A DNA stretch of 64,000 bases from Candidatus Thorarchaeota archaeon (GCA_029855935.1 JAGSHN010000032.1:1-64000); one strand, 5' to 3'; shown: positions 38,276 through 48,572, counted from the first letter of the stretch. Notes: generated by a model from the sequence alone, not told the origin. Numbers and translations: made by a program.

Positions 38276-39238
38276 ATGCCGCTGCGAGACGAACTCTCAG
38301 GTTTTCTCAAGTTGCCCACAAGGTTCTTCGGTATTCCCGAGCCGCAGGAGGGCGACCCCGATGTGGCAGTCCTTGGAGTCCCGTACGACCTCACCTCCAG
38401 CTATGCTCCGGGATGCCGGTTCGGACCTGACGCACTGAGGCGTGCAACGACATCTGAGAGATCTCACAGTCAGGCAGTATACGTCGACTGCGGAATGTCA
38501 GACGGTCGTCAGCCGATGTTGTCAGAGTGCATCACGCTGGAGGACCTCGGCGATCTTGAGATAGACCTGCGACCGCCCCAGGCTGCGCTCATCGACATCT
38601 CGGATGCGATGTATCGACTGGCCCCGCACGGAACGGGGTACCTGCTGGTGGGCGGTGACCACTTTGTGACATACCCGGCTCTCCGAGGCCTACGCAGAGG
38701 GCATCCCGCTGAGTACGGTCTGGTATGGTTTGACGCCCATGCCGACTTCTACCCGGACTACGGTGGCGTCAAGCTGTCACATGCGACCACCCTGCGCCGA
38801 ATTATCGAGGACGGTCTGATTGACCCGCATAACATAGTCGCGGTGGACCTTCGTGCTGCCCTCCGAGAGCAGGCTATGGAGCTGGAGAGACTTGGTGCGC
38901 AGATCGTGTCTGATCAGGTTGGACTTGAGGAGGCTCTCGGGTCGCTGGTAACACGCATCGATGCGCTCTACGTCACGGTCGACCTCGATGTGCTGAGTCC
39001 CGAGCTCGTGCCAGGTGTGTCCCATCCCGAGGGCGGAGGGCCATCGCTTGAGTCGCTGTTCAGGATGTTGCACAGCTGCTTCCGGACAGGGATGGTCCGG
39101 GCCACTGATATTGTTGAGCTGAATCCTCTCCTCGATGGATCCGGGCTGACAAGGATAACCGCAAGGGACGTCGTCCGTTCGATTCTATCCGGATTCGCAT
39201 TACAGAAGGCCTTTAAGGAGAGGCAACAGTCCGCGTAG
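38276..39238 (+). CDS. Agmatinase/arginase-family ureohydrolase
   Basis: GVPYD…GCRFGP, GGDH, DAHAD, SHAT, DLDVL…PGV..PE.GG, DIVELNP. Confidence 0.9.
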   Translation: MPLRDELSGFLKLPTRFFGIPEPQEGDPDVAVLGVPYDLTSSYAPGCRFGPDALRRATTSERSHSQAVYVDCGMSDGRQPMLSECITLEDLGDLEIDLRPPQAALIDISDAMYRLAPHGTGYLLVGGDHFVTYPALRGLRRGHPAEYGLVWFDAHADFYPDYGGVKLSHATTLRRIIEDGLIDPHNIVAVDLRAALREQAMELERLGAQIVSDQVGLEEALGSLVTRIDALYVTVDLDVLSPELVPGVSHPEGGGPSLESLFRMLHSCFRTGMVRATDIVELNPLLDGSGLTRITARDVVRSILSGFALQKAFKERQQSA

Positions 39239-39299
39239 TGCTGGCGTTCTCTGGCGCCAGTCTCGCCCTGCCGAGACACGACTACGGTGTGGATTCAAG

Positions 39300-40673
39300 A
39301 TGGCAGACTACGACGTCATAGTTGCCGGCGCAGGCTCGGCCGGAGCAATAGCGGCCTATACGCTTGCGAAGAGGGGCCATCAGGTACTGCTCATCGACAG
39401 AAAGACGAGAGAGATGATCGGCCACAAGACGTGTGGCGATGCCCTTGGAGCGCATCACATCCGGTATCTGAAAGAGCTGATTGGACTCCCCGATATTCCT
39501 TCGAGCATCGTCGAGCACCCTGTCAATGGCATAGATCTGATAGCGCCTGACCTTGAGCACAGGCTCACACTTGCGGGGCCGACCACCGACGGGTACTCGT
39601 TCAACCGTCACAAGTTCGGTCAGTGGTTGCTTGGACTTGCTGAGGAGGCCGGTGCGGACGTCATGGCCTCGACCAGGGCCAAACGTCTTCTGTTCGACGA
39701 TCACAGGGTGTCTGGCGTGCGTGTACGTGCCGATGACAGCGAGACTGACCGGGACCTCACAGCGCGTATTGTCGTTGATGCGACTGGTGCTCCTGGCGTG
39801 CTGCGTCGCCAGCTGCCGGATGGCACAATGGTGGAGCGTACGGTTGCCAAGGAGGACCAGATGGTTGCCTGGCGTGAAGTGTACCATACGCCCGACTATA
39901 CGTTTGAGACACCTGACCTCCTTGAGATCTATTGGAACCAAGAATGGACCAAAGGCGGCTACACGTGGGTCTTTCCACAGGGTCCGCACCGCGTCAATGT
40001 CGGGCTTGGCTATATGATGCTGCCCGGCCATCGGCCGCCGCAGAGGGTGTACGATGAGTTTGTGCGACCCAACTGGGACTTTATGAGAACGCGGTTGGAG
40101 ACGATTGACGCCAGCGGTGGTATTGCGCCCGTTCGTCGCCCCCTTGATACGATGGTGGAACACAACTTCATGCTTGTGGGTGATGCGGCCTGTCAGGTCA
40201 ATCCTGTACACGGCGGAGGTATAGGTTCCTCGATGAGAGGCGGCGCTCATGCCGGCATTGTGGCCTCTGAGGCGCTTGAGGAGGGAGACACATCACTGGA
40301 AAGGCTGTGGCCCTACAACATCCGCTATATGGAGTCGTACGGTGTCAAGCAGGCCTCGCTTGACATCTTCCGCTGGTTCTTGCTCAATGTGACAAACGAT
40401 GACATCAACTTCGCTTTTGAGAAGGGCATCGTGAAGGGGTCCGACCTCCTTGAGGTCAGTATGACGGGCAAGCTTGTGCTGGGTGCTGGAGAGAAGTTCC
40501 GCCGACTGGTCTCGGGCATCGGCAAGGTTCCTCTGTTGATGCGCGTCAATCGGGTTGCCAAACTGATGGAACAAATAAAGGTGCTCTATGAGGAGTATCC
40601 GACATCGCCGGAGGGACTGCCTGCTTGGAGAGAGCGTCTTGGGCCGATCTATGAGGCCGCAAAGAACGCCTGA
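39300..40673 (+). CDS. Digeranylgeranylglycerophospholipid reductase (geranylgeranyl reductase family)
   Basis: GAGSAG FAD motif, K.CGDA, GGYTWVFP, GDAA..VNPVHGGG as in Sulfolobus-type GGR. Confidence 0.88.
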   Translation: MADYDVIVAGAGSAGAIAAYTLAKRGHQVLLIDRKTREMIGHKTCGDALGAHHIRYLKELIGLPDIPSSIVEHPVNGIDLIAPDLEHRLTLAGPTTDGYSFNRHKFGQWLLGLAEEAGADVMASTRAKRLLFDDHRVSGVRVRADDSETDRDLTARIVVDATGAPGVLRRQLPDGTMVERTVAKEDQMVAWREVYHTPDYTFETPDLLEIYWNQEWTKGGYTWVFPQGPHRVNVGLGYMMLPGHRPPQRVYDEFVRPNWDFMRTRLETIDASGGIAPVRRPLDTMVEHNFMLVGDAACQVNPVHGGGIGSSMRGGAHAGIVASEALEEGDTSLERLWPYNIRYMESYGVKQASLDIFRWFLLNVTNDDINFAFEKGIVKGSDLLEVSMTGKLVLGAGEKFRRLVSGIGKVPLLMRVNRVAKLMEQIKVLYEEYPTSPEGLPAWRERLGPIYEAAKNA

Positions 40674-40713
40674 TTGATATCTCTCATTAGACGCGAGAAG
40701 TCTCTCGCACAGG

Positions 40714-41709
40714 GTGATGCCAATGACGCAGGTCGAACGCGTCCGTGTTTCTCTGGGCACTGCGATGCAGTTCGGCCTGCTCGATGGCGACCCGGGAGCG
40801 CATTACACGACAGCATTCTTGATGACCTACAGGTCCGGTCGATGCGCAGCCAACTGTGCCTTCTGTCCCCAGGCCCGAGAGAGTCATTCCTCCTCCGACC
40901 GTCTGTCTAGAATTGCTTGGCCAGACTTTGAGTTTGCACGTGTGCTTGACGCCACGGCGCAGCGCGGGCATCTGTTCGAGAGACTGTGCATCCAGTGCAT
41001 CCTCTATCCCGGTCTTGTGGACGACATTGAGAGAATGGTCTTATCATTGAGGAATGTGACGCAGATGCCTATCTCTGTTGCCTCAGGACCTCTCTCTGAG
41101 GAGGAGCTGTCACGTCTCCGGAGTGCTGGTGTCAACGACATTGGGATAGCGATGGATGCCTCAACGCCCGAGATCTTCGACCGCGTCAAGGGCTCGGGAC
41201 GCAGGACACGGTTTAGATGGGATTCCCACGTGGAAGCCATCAGACGGGCTCTCAGGGTGTTTGGCCGTGGCCACGTGACGACTCACCTGATTGTGGGGCT
41301 GGGAGAAACTGAGGCAGAGGCTCTGGACTTTCTCAAGATGATGCACAGTCTTGGTGTCACCGTGGGTCTCTTTGCACTGACCAGCGTCCGCGGAACGGCA
41401 ATGGAGGACGCGTTGCCCCCGCCGCTCTCCGTGTACCGGCGTATTCAGGCAGCGAGGTATCTTCTGTTCGAGGCTGGCCTCAATCAGTCGCTCATCAGGG
41501 TCGACGAAGAGGGCAGAATCACGGTCAAGTTAGATTCGAAGAGCATAAGAGGAAGGCTCTCCACAGGTATTGCGTTTATGACCTCAGGCTGCAAGGGCTG
41601 CAACAGGCCGTATTACAACGAGCGGCCCCGAGGTCCGATGTACAACTTTCACAGGCCGCTGACGAGAGAGGAGGCCAAGCAGGCACTACACGATACGGAG
41701 CTGATATGA
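40714..41709 (+). CDS. lipS2: LipS2-type archaeal lipoyl synthase subunit (radical SAM)
   Basis: CAANCAFC plus C-terminal TSGCKGCNRP (TxGCxxC[ND]RP); adjacent to lipoate ligase genes. Confidence 0.75.
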   Translation: MMPMTQVERVRVSLGTAMQFGLLDGDPGAHYTTAFLMTYRSGRCAANCAFCPQARESHSSSDRLSRIAWPDFEFARVLDATAQRGHLFERLCIQCILYPGLVDDIERMVLSLRNVTQMPISVASGPLSEEELSRLRSAGVNDIGIAMDASTPEIFDRVKGSGRRTRFRWDSHVEAIRRALRVFGRGHVTTHLIVGLGETEAEALDFLKMMHSLGVTVGLFALTSVRGTAMEDALPPPLSVYRRIQAARYLLFEAGLNQSLIRVDEEGRITVKLDSKSIRGRLSTGIAFMTSGCKGCNRPYYNERPRGPMYNFHRPLTREEAKQALHDTELI

Positions 41710-41712
41710 AGA

Positions 41713-42480
41713 ATGGAGGAGTTGCGTTTCCTTGACCTTGAGACACACTCTGCAGCGATAAACATGGCCATAGACGAGGCGATAATGCGGTCGCTGCGTG
41801 ACGGTGCGGCAGTTCCCACCTTCAGGATATACAGATGGCAGCCCTCCGCTGTTTCCATCGGTGTCTTTCAAAGCATGCGCGAGGAGGTCAATCTCGACTA
41901 CTGCAAGACCTTTGGTATTGATGTCGTCAGGCGGATAACTGGTGGCGGTGCTGTCTATCACGACTATGATGGCGAGATCACCTACAGCGTCATCCTCCCT
42001 CAGGGTCATCGTCTGGCCCCTGCGGACATTCTCGAGTCCTATAAGTTGCTCTGCAAGGGCATAATTCTTGCACTCCGTCATCTCGGTATCAAGGCCGAGT
42101 TCCGCCCGGTCAACGACATCGTGACGGGTGGAAAGAAGATCTCGGGCAACGCCCAGACACGCAGGTTCTCGTGTCTGCTCCAGCACGGTACTACGCTTCT
42201 TGGCCTCGATGTCCGGAAGATGTTCTCCGTCCTTCGGGTGCCGCAGGAGAAGATCTCCGACAAGATGATAGATGATGTCAAGCAGCGGGTGACCTCCATC
42301 CGGGACGTTCTCGGCGAGATGGTGGGGATGACGGAACTCCGTGATGCCATAGTCGCTGGGTTCTCCGAGGCACTCAAAGTCGAGCTTGTCCCCGGAGCTC
42401 TATCCCGGACAGAGTGGGAGATGGCCAACACACTGGCGCGGGAGAAGTACTCGAGTGATGAATGGAACTTCAAGAGGTGA
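41713..42480 (+). CDS. lplA: Lipoate-protein ligase catalytic (N) subunit
   Basis: NMAIDEA, RRITGGGAVYHD, ND…GKKISGNAQ, QHGTTL. Confidence 0.93.
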   Translation: MEELRFLDLETHSAAINMAIDEAIMRSLRDGAAVPTFRIYRWQPSAVSIGVFQSMREEVNLDYCKTFGIDVVRRITGGGAVYHDYDGEITYSVILPQGHRLAPADILESYKLLCKGIILALRHLGIKAEFRPVNDIVTGGKKISGNAQTRRFSCLLQHGTTLLGLDVRKMFSVLRVPQEKISDKMIDDVKQRVTSIRDVLGEMVGMTELRDAIVAGFSEALKVELVPGALSRTEWEMANTLAREKYSSDEWNFKR

Positions 42481-42484
42481 GGAC

Positions 42485-42781
42485 GTGTATAGGTCGGTCT
42501 ACAAGGTACCGGGCGGCAAGCTGTTGAAGGTACAGTTCGACGTTGCTGAAGGCCGTCTTACAAGTGTTCGTTTCACGGGCGACTTCTTTCTTCATCCGGA
42601 GGAGGCGCTGGAGGAGATTGAGTCGAGGCTTGTGGGCGTGGAGCCGGAGCCTGACCGCATCCGTTCAGTCGTTGAAGACGTGTTCAGAGAACGTAATGTC
42701 ACTGCCGTTGGCTGCGGTCCTGCCGACTTTGCGGAGGTCATAATTGACGCTCTGCAGCGGGGCCCGGCGGAGTCGGTCTGA
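42485..42781 (+). CDS. lplB: Lipoate-protein ligase accessory C-terminal subunit
   Basis: KVPGGKLLKV…FTGDFFLHPEE..E.IE..L.G; GTG start at 42485. Confidence 0.85.
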   Translation: MYRSVYKVPGGKLLKVQFDVAEGRLTSVRFTGDFFLHPEEALEEIESRLVGVEPEPDRIRSVVEDVFRERNVTAVGCGPADFAEVIIDALQRGPAESV

Positions 42782-43006
42782 GGGCCGACCTTCTCCCTGC
42801 CGCGCTGAGGTGAGGCTGTCGGTCCTGTGCCTCGCCCAATGGCGGTTAACATCGGACATTCTTGTCTCGCAGCAGACCAAATCCTTCCTTACATGAGCTA
42901 ATCCGACAGGTATCGAATCGCCATGGCGTTTACCTGGGACCTAACAGGTCGTGTTTCCGCAGGCCAAAGCTTATTCTGGCCAACGGTTTGGGTAGAATTG
43001 ACTGCT

Positions 43007-43249
43007 ATGACCGATGCCAGATTCTACAATGACAAGATATACGTCCCCCGAAGTGTTCGCGAGAAACTTGGGCTAAGGAATGGCGACATAGTCCGATTTC
43101 AGACAACCAGCGAGGGCGAAGTGCGGCTTGTTATTCTGAGGAATAGTGAGGCGACACAACGGCTTCTCAAGCTGCTGGAGCACCCTCCAGACTTGGGAGC
43201 AATCAGGGGCGGACTGAGTTGGGCTGAGATCTATGAAAACGTTGCTTGA
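43007..43249 (+). CDS. vapB: AbrB/MazE-family antitoxin (VapB)
   Basis: KIYVPRSVREKLGLRNGD AbrB motif; overlaps the PIN gene. Confidence 0.82.
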   Translation: MTDARFYNDKIYVPRSVREKLGLRNGDIVRFQTTSEGEVRLVILRNSEATQRLLKLLEHPPDLGAIRGGLSWAEIYENVA

Positions 43250-43688
43250 CACAAATCTGCTAGTTCACGCATTCAACGCATCGTCTCCACATCACGCGCG
43301 GGCCAAGAGAGTACTGCACGATGCTCTGGAGTCACGCATTGACGCATATGTCACCCCTCAAATCCTCTATGAGTTCTTTGCTGTTGTCACGGACTCACGC
43401 AGAGTGGAATGCCCTCTCTCCACTGAGGACGCAACCAAGATATGTACGGACCTCTGGGTTTCCCCTGCCATCACGATTCTCGAACCCCAGTCCGCGATAT
43501 CCCTGGATGTGTTTGAACTGGCCAATTCCCACGGATTGCGGGGGGCCGAGATACTTGACTGTGTCATAGCGGCGACAGCGCGGGCGTGTGGCATATCTCG
43601 TATCATTACCCAGAATGTCAAAGACTTTGCGAAGTTCGACTTCCTCGGTGTCGTGAATCCCTTTCACGACTGGGCCACCCTCCGGTAG
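43233..43688 (+). CDS. vapC: PIN-domain toxin (VapC)
   Basis: LLDTNLL, ILYEF, D..IAATA, TQNVKDF. Confidence 0.9.
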   Translation: MKTLLDTNLLVHAFNASSPHHARAKRVLHDALESRIDAYVTPQILYEFFAVVTDSRRVECPLSTEDATKICTDLWVSPAITILEPQSAISLDVFELANSHGLRGAEILDCVIAATARACGISRIITQNVKDFAKFDFLGVVNPFHDWATLR

Positions 43689-43943
43689 GCGCAGCAAGGT
43701 TGTTTCCTGAAGGCCGACAACAGTCTATCTGAACTAGCCAAGGGATCTGATCTCATCTGCTGCTCTCTCTGGCGACGCCTAAGCGGGCCTTCCAAGGACT
43801 GGTTTCTCTTCTCAGAGGCAGTACCCGAAACGGCAGGTACTCGTCCAGTCGTAGATAGAAAGATATACGCAGACGCACATCTGCTGAGCGAGCTCTGCCT
43901 CTGTTTCCGGAGGAGTCGAGATCAAAGGACGGTGCACTGAAGA

Positions 43944-44933
43944 ATGGCTCTTAACGCCTATTTCACGATAGTTCTGCTGGCGATAGTCTTGTTTTTCATC
44001 GTGTGGGGTCTCGGGTGGCTCCTGGAGAGAATCTCGCGGGCTGCTCTAAAGACGACGCGCGAGATAGGCTCAAGGGGATGGAAACTTCTTGTGGGTCCCG
44101 GAGTTGCCCTTCACGAGTCCTCGCACGCGCTCGGCTGCATCTTCACGGGAACGAAGATCGTCGAGTTCAAGCCGCTGGCGGTACAAGAGACCGAAGACGG
44201 AATTGTTCTTGGGTACGTGTCTCATCAGAGGCCATCGAGTCCGCTGAAGGGTGCCGTCATAGGTCTGGCGCCCGTGGCAGTCTCGCTGGTTCTGTTGGTG
44301 TTCTTCGCACTAGGAGCGACGTACCTTGTTCCCAGTAGTCCGGGCATTGGCGGCAGAGCGCTGGAGCTATTGACTGATCTCATCGGGTTGAAGAATAACC
44401 CTGCGCTGCTCGCCGACCCACTGTACCCGGCCGTGAGGATATTCGAGTTTGTCTACCTCTTCCTGTACACCTTTGGTGCCCTCACGGTGATCAATCCGCT
44501 GTTCTGGATAGTGGCCTTCTTGGCGATGACGATAATGTTCAGCAACTCTCCCTCGGACGTTGACATTGAGAATGCATGGGCCGGACTGAAGATCATCCTC
44601 ATCTTCGATCTGATATGGCTGGTCATTGCGTTCTTCTATCCCCTAGCAGGATGGGCCCTCTACGGGCTGTTCGAGCTGCTGGCCGTGTTGTGGGCGCTGT
44701 CGCTGGGTTTTGCTGCCGTGGGCATTGGTTTCTTCATTCTGCTTGCAGGTCTGTCCAGAATCCGCTATCCCTACAACATTGTACCCATCGTGGTCTGCAT
44801 AGCGACTGGCATCGCGCTGATGTACGCTGGCATCGGTACGCCCACATTTCAGACGGTCGCGTCAATCGGTGCTCTCGTCGGAATGATACTCCTCCTGCTG
44901 GCTGTCAGGGGATCCCCCGAGCGGACAATCTGA
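43944..44933 (+). CDS. Integral membrane HExxH metallopeptidase (M50-like)
   Basis: GPGVALHESSHALGC, LGYV.H, IGLAP, PSDVD; many TM segments. Confidence 0.75.
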   Translation: MALNAYFTIVLLAIVLFFIVWGLGWLLERISRAALKTTREIGSRGWKLLVGPGVALHESSHALGCIFTGTKIVEFKPLAVQETEDGIVLGYVSHQRPSSPLKGAVIGLAPVAVSLVLLVFFALGATYLVPSSPGIGGRALELLTDLIGLKNNPALLADPLYPAVRIFEFVYLFLYTFGALTVINPLFWIVAFLAMTIMFSNSPSDVDIENAWAGLKIILIFDLIWLVIAFFYPLAGWALYGLFELLAVLWALSLGFAAVGIGFFILLAGLSRIRYPYNIVPIVVCIATGIALMYAGIGTPTFQTVASIGALVGMILLLLAVRGSPERTI

Positions 44934-44994
44934 GGCGGCTGAAGAAGAAGCGTGAACTCGCCGGGCCGCCTCGTCCTCCCCGGCCAACGTTCTC

Positions 44995-45870
44995 TCACAG
45001 GCTCTGCTCATATAGTATGAAATACCTGTTCTCGTACTCCTTGTCGACGTAGCCTAGGTATTTGGACCACTCCTTGGCTCTCTTGCCAAGAAACACGGCG
45101 ATCCTGTGGATGCCCCTCTGGGCACTCTCCTCAACCACCCGTGCCATCACGTCGACGAATGCTGTTCTGTCGATTGCGTACACGGTGTACGCAGCACGTC
45201 GCTGCTCTCCTCGCCCCACAACCCTGTAGAAATAGACAGCCTCTGGTGTGCCGTCCTCGCCAATCACCGCCCTGAACTCTGTCCTCTCTCCAAGCCTCTT
45301 CAACCCATCGACGCTCTTGTCCTCGAACATCCACGCAAGAGGGACCCTCTCTGTGTCAAGCAGGTCAGGATACTGGGTGCTGTAGTGGTACAGGCGCTCA
45401 GGAGAGATCGTCAGTGGCAGAATGTTCGGGCTCGGCGTAGGATGCGGCGGGTACGGGTGCTCGATCTTCAGATATCCCACCCGCGTGGCGATAGCGAAGC
45501 CTGTCTTCTCTGCCACACGCTGTGAGGCAACGTTCCTACTTCCTGTGGCGTATCTCAGGAGACGCAGGCCGCTGCGTCGGGCCTCACTCACAACGTGCTT
45601 GACGATCTGAGTGGCCAGTCCTTGCCCCTCATGTCTGGTACTGACTCGAAGTCCCTCGACCCAGGCGATGCCGGTCCCCGGGATGGACTCAAGCGCGCAG
45701 ATTGCCACGATGTCCTCTCCCTCGTCTATGCCATAGACGTGAGCGGTGGGGCTTCTGATCCAGAGTGGGAACTGATCTGGAACATAGTCATTGCCCTCCC
45801 AGATATCGGCGCAGAGTCTTCTCACTCTGCCGCGATCCTCGATGGTCAGTTCTCGTGGAGTGGCTGTCAT
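44995..45870 (-). CDS. GNAT N-acetyltransferase
   Basis: DYVP…WVEGLRV…HEGQGLA acetyl-CoA motif, NVAS..VAEKTGF. Confidence 0.88.
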   Translation of the reverse strand: MTATPRELTIEDRGRVRRLCADIWEGNDYVPDQFPLWIRSPTAHVYGIDEGEDIVAICALESIPGTGIAWVEGLRVSTRHEGQGLATQIVKHVVSEARRSGLRLLRYATGSRNVASQRVAEKTGFAIATRVGYLKIEHPYPPHPTPSPNILPLTISPERLYHYSTQYPDLLDTERVPLAWMFEDKSVDGLKRLGERTEFRAVIGEDGTPEAVYFYRVVGRGEQRRAAYTVYAIDRTAFVDVMARVVEESAQRGIHRIAVFLGKRAKEWSKYLGYVDKEYENRYFILYEQSL

Positions 45871-45966
45871 CTCAACGGCTGACGTACACCCTGCAATAAG
45901 AACCGATTGTTCTGTGCCATCATCTCTGGCGACGGGCTCTCGGGGCGCGGTCTATCACGTCCGTAC

Positions 45967-46983
45967 TCATTCGTGTGTCCCCAACCCTATTCTTGCTCCG
46001 ATCCGTCTGTTGATGGCGACCTCCCCGATGTCCGCACAATATGATGCTATCCTCTCAAGGTGCATTAGCAATAGGACCATTCTCGGTGACTTCTCTCTTC
46101 TTGACGAGCCCATCTTCTCAAGCCTCTTCGCAAGGCTCTCAGCGCTCTCCAGCACTGCGATTGCTTTGTTGTCGCTGGTGGAGAGTGACTGCTCTCCACC
46201 ATCTCCGATGTCGAAGAACGTCCTCGTTGTGTTCTCGTAGACCTCAGTCAACGACTTTGCTACGCGGGCCACTGATGGCCGGACCGTCTTCATAGCCCTC
46301 AGCTCTGAGGCGGCACCGCAGACGTGATCGGCAATTCGCTCGACGTACTTGGCTGCCAGGCTGAAGTTGAGGCAGTCGGACGGGGAGATTGCTATTCTCT
46401 TGGCGTAGCTCAGGTCTTGAAGGGCGAGATGGCAGAGTCGCTCGACGAAGTACCTGTGACGGTCCACGTCTTCGTCCCGCGCGATGATCTTTGACGCAAT
46501 GCTGACCTCACCCGTGACCATCGCATTGACCAACCCGTTGAGCATGTACTTTGCTGTTGCGAACTGACGCTTGAGGATGGGCTTGACCATTTGTTTCTCG
46601 CTTGTGTCGCTCACCACGATACTGGCACTGTGTTCGTCGAGAATCTCAAACCCGGGCAGCCTCCTTATCCATCCGCTGATCTTCTCTCTCACGCCTATCG
46701 CGATTGGCTCCGGGAAGACGATGTTGACAGAGTCGGCCCCTATCACGTACGCGCCAGTCAGCAGGTTCTCAATGCGCGACGGATTGACATCCGGCGACGA
46801 TATTGTGAGTCCCCCTCCCTCGGTCTCGCGGACAGATGCTGGAAAGAGCATCAGCGCACCATCAGGGCCCTGTTCCATTCTGATCTCAGCGTTCTTGCTG
46901 AGCCTGTTTCTTCTGACCCACTCCCGCGGTAGGTACACATAGTAGGAGTTTCTCACGAGGTGAAGTCGCCTTGTCACTGTCAT
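45967..46983 (-). CDS. AbrB-PhoU phosphate uptake regulator
   Basis: N-terminal SYYVYLPREWV AbrB domain; two PhoU repeats (ERIADH, ERIASY…DIGE); divergent from pstS. Confidence 0.88.
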   Translation of the reverse strand: MTVTRRLHLVRNSYYVYLPREWVRRNRLSKNAEIRMEQGPDGALMLFPASVRETEGGGLTISSPDVNPSRIENLLTGAYVIGADSVNIVFPEPIAIGVREKISGWIRRLPGFEILDEHSASIVVSDTSEKQMVKPILKRQFATAKYMLNGLVNAMVTGEVSIASKIIARDEDVDRHRYFVERLCHLALQDLSYAKRIAISPSDCLNFSLAAKYVERIADHVCGAASELRAMKTVRPSVARVAKSLTEVYENTTRTFFDIGDGGEQSLSTSDNKAIAVLESAESLAKRLEKMGSSRREKSPRMVLLLMHLERIASYCADIGEVAINRRIGARIGLGTHE

Positions 46984-47372
46984 CGGCGTATCTCCTCTTG
47001 GCGATTGTACTCGACTCGTCTCGGCCCGCACGCAGCAACGGGACGCTCCCTCCTGTCATCCGCCCCCTTTTCCCTTTTCCTATCCGTGGTGCAGTCCCCG
47101 CCACATGCCCGTACCAGCCGGCAGGTACGTGCTAGTGCACTCGCCGTACCATCCCCTCACCCGCCCTCCTCTGTGGCGTGGGCGTCCAAGTCGGCAACCA
47201 AGGCACGGGGCGCTGAAGCCTGACGCGCTCCCCGCTCGTACCGGTGCGCGTCTAGTACGTCTAGTACAAGCATGCCTTGGCAGTGAAGTGGATGCAGAGA
47301 GTTTAATACCTGCCTTTCCGGGGTCTGGACCCCAGAGTAGGGCCGTCTGTCGGTCCCGAGGATGGATAAGAG

Positions 47373-48419
47373 ATGGGACTGAAGACCACTTGCCTGGTGT
47401 TCGTTGCTGGGATAGTCCTTGGACTCGTCATAGGGCCTGTTGTGCTGGCGCCATCCTCCGGGGGTACTAGTCACACGATCACTACAGCAGGCTCGACGAC
47501 GGTGTTTCCGCTCTCGCAGGAGTGGGCGACGCACTTTCATGATGACCATCCGACGTTTACCGTCAGTCCCAACACCGGAGGTTCGGGACTTGGGCAGAGC
47601 CAGGTGGCGGCTGGTCTGGTCGATATCGGAGCATCGAGCTCGTATCCCGAGCCTGCCTACTGGGAGAATAATCCGCACGTCAAGATACTCCCAGTGTGCG
47701 CGGACGGTGTCGCGGTCGTTGCCAATCCGGCTGTGAACGGCACCGTCCTGAGGCTTGACTGCGACATGGTCGTCGCCATGTTCCAGCGCGAGGTCACGAC
47801 GTGGGAGGAGTTCGAGAGCACCTTTGGCGTGGAGATTCAGCAGACCGGTCCCATCAACGTGTACGTCCGTTCTGACGCCAGTGGGACCACGTCGACCTTT
47901 GCGCGCTGGCTGGAGACAGCCGACGAGAACACCAATCCCAACGGTGCTGAGTACGAGTGGACGCTGGGACATCACGAGTCGGTCTCGTGGCCAGAGGGCG
48001 TGAACTCCGTCGATGGTAATCCTGGGGTCGCACTTGGTGTGGCCGATGACCAGAACGGGATTGGCTATGTCGGACTGGCATTCATGGAGGGTCTGACGAC
48101 TGCGCAGTTGTACAACCCGTCAAGCGGGGAGTGGGTGTCTCCCTCGGTTCAGAACGTGCTGAACGCGGTGCCCGAGGAGATGAGTGACCCTGGTGTGGAT
48201 CTGATGAACGCACCAGCACACGACGCCTACCCCATTGCCCGTTTCCTGTACTATCTTGTCAACAGCGATCACCTGCGCTGGCCAGTACTGGTGTTTCTCG
48301 AGTGGGTGCTCGTCCGAGGGCAGGTCTATGTGCCCGATGTCGGGTACGTCCCTATCACGGGCAGTTCGGCTATGACATATGCGCAGCAGGTCGTCAGTTC
48401 ATTAAGCCCCACGGAGTGA
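47373..48419 (+). CDS. pstS: Phosphate ABC transporter substrate-binding protein
   Basis: AGSTTV, GGSGLG, DIGAS, RSDASGTT, IGYV, YPIAR. Confidence 0.93.
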   Translation: MGLKTTCLVFVAGIVLGLVIGPVVLAPSSGGTSHTITTAGSTTVFPLSQEWATHFHDDHPTFTVSPNTGGSGLGQSQVAAGLVDIGASSSYPEPAYWENNPHVKILPVCADGVAVVANPAVNGTVLRLDCDMVVAMFQREVTTWEEFESTFGVEIQQTGPINVYVRSDASGTTSTFARWLETADENTNPNGAEYEWTLGHHESVSWPEGVNSVDGNPGVALGVADDQNGIGYVGLAFMEGLTTAQLYNPSSGEWVSPSVQNVLNAVPEEMSDPGVDLMNAPAHDAYPIARFLYYLVNSDHLRWPVLVFLEWVLVRGQVYVPDVGYVPITGSSAMTYAQQVVSSLSPTE

Positions 48420-48572
48420 TGTGGTTCTGAATGATGGAGCAGGAGACGCGCACTGAGATGGTGAAGAGTTGGTGCTCGCATACGATGGTGTCAGATGTTC
48501 TGGGTGCGAACAGACGGTTGCCGCGCTGGGCTGTGTCTCGGGCCCGGCCTGAGTTCGCCCGGAGGCGATGAG

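Noticed and set aside
48431-48571. 46-codon ORF between pstS and pstC
   Set aside because: No RBS or recognisable features; treated as an intergenic spacer
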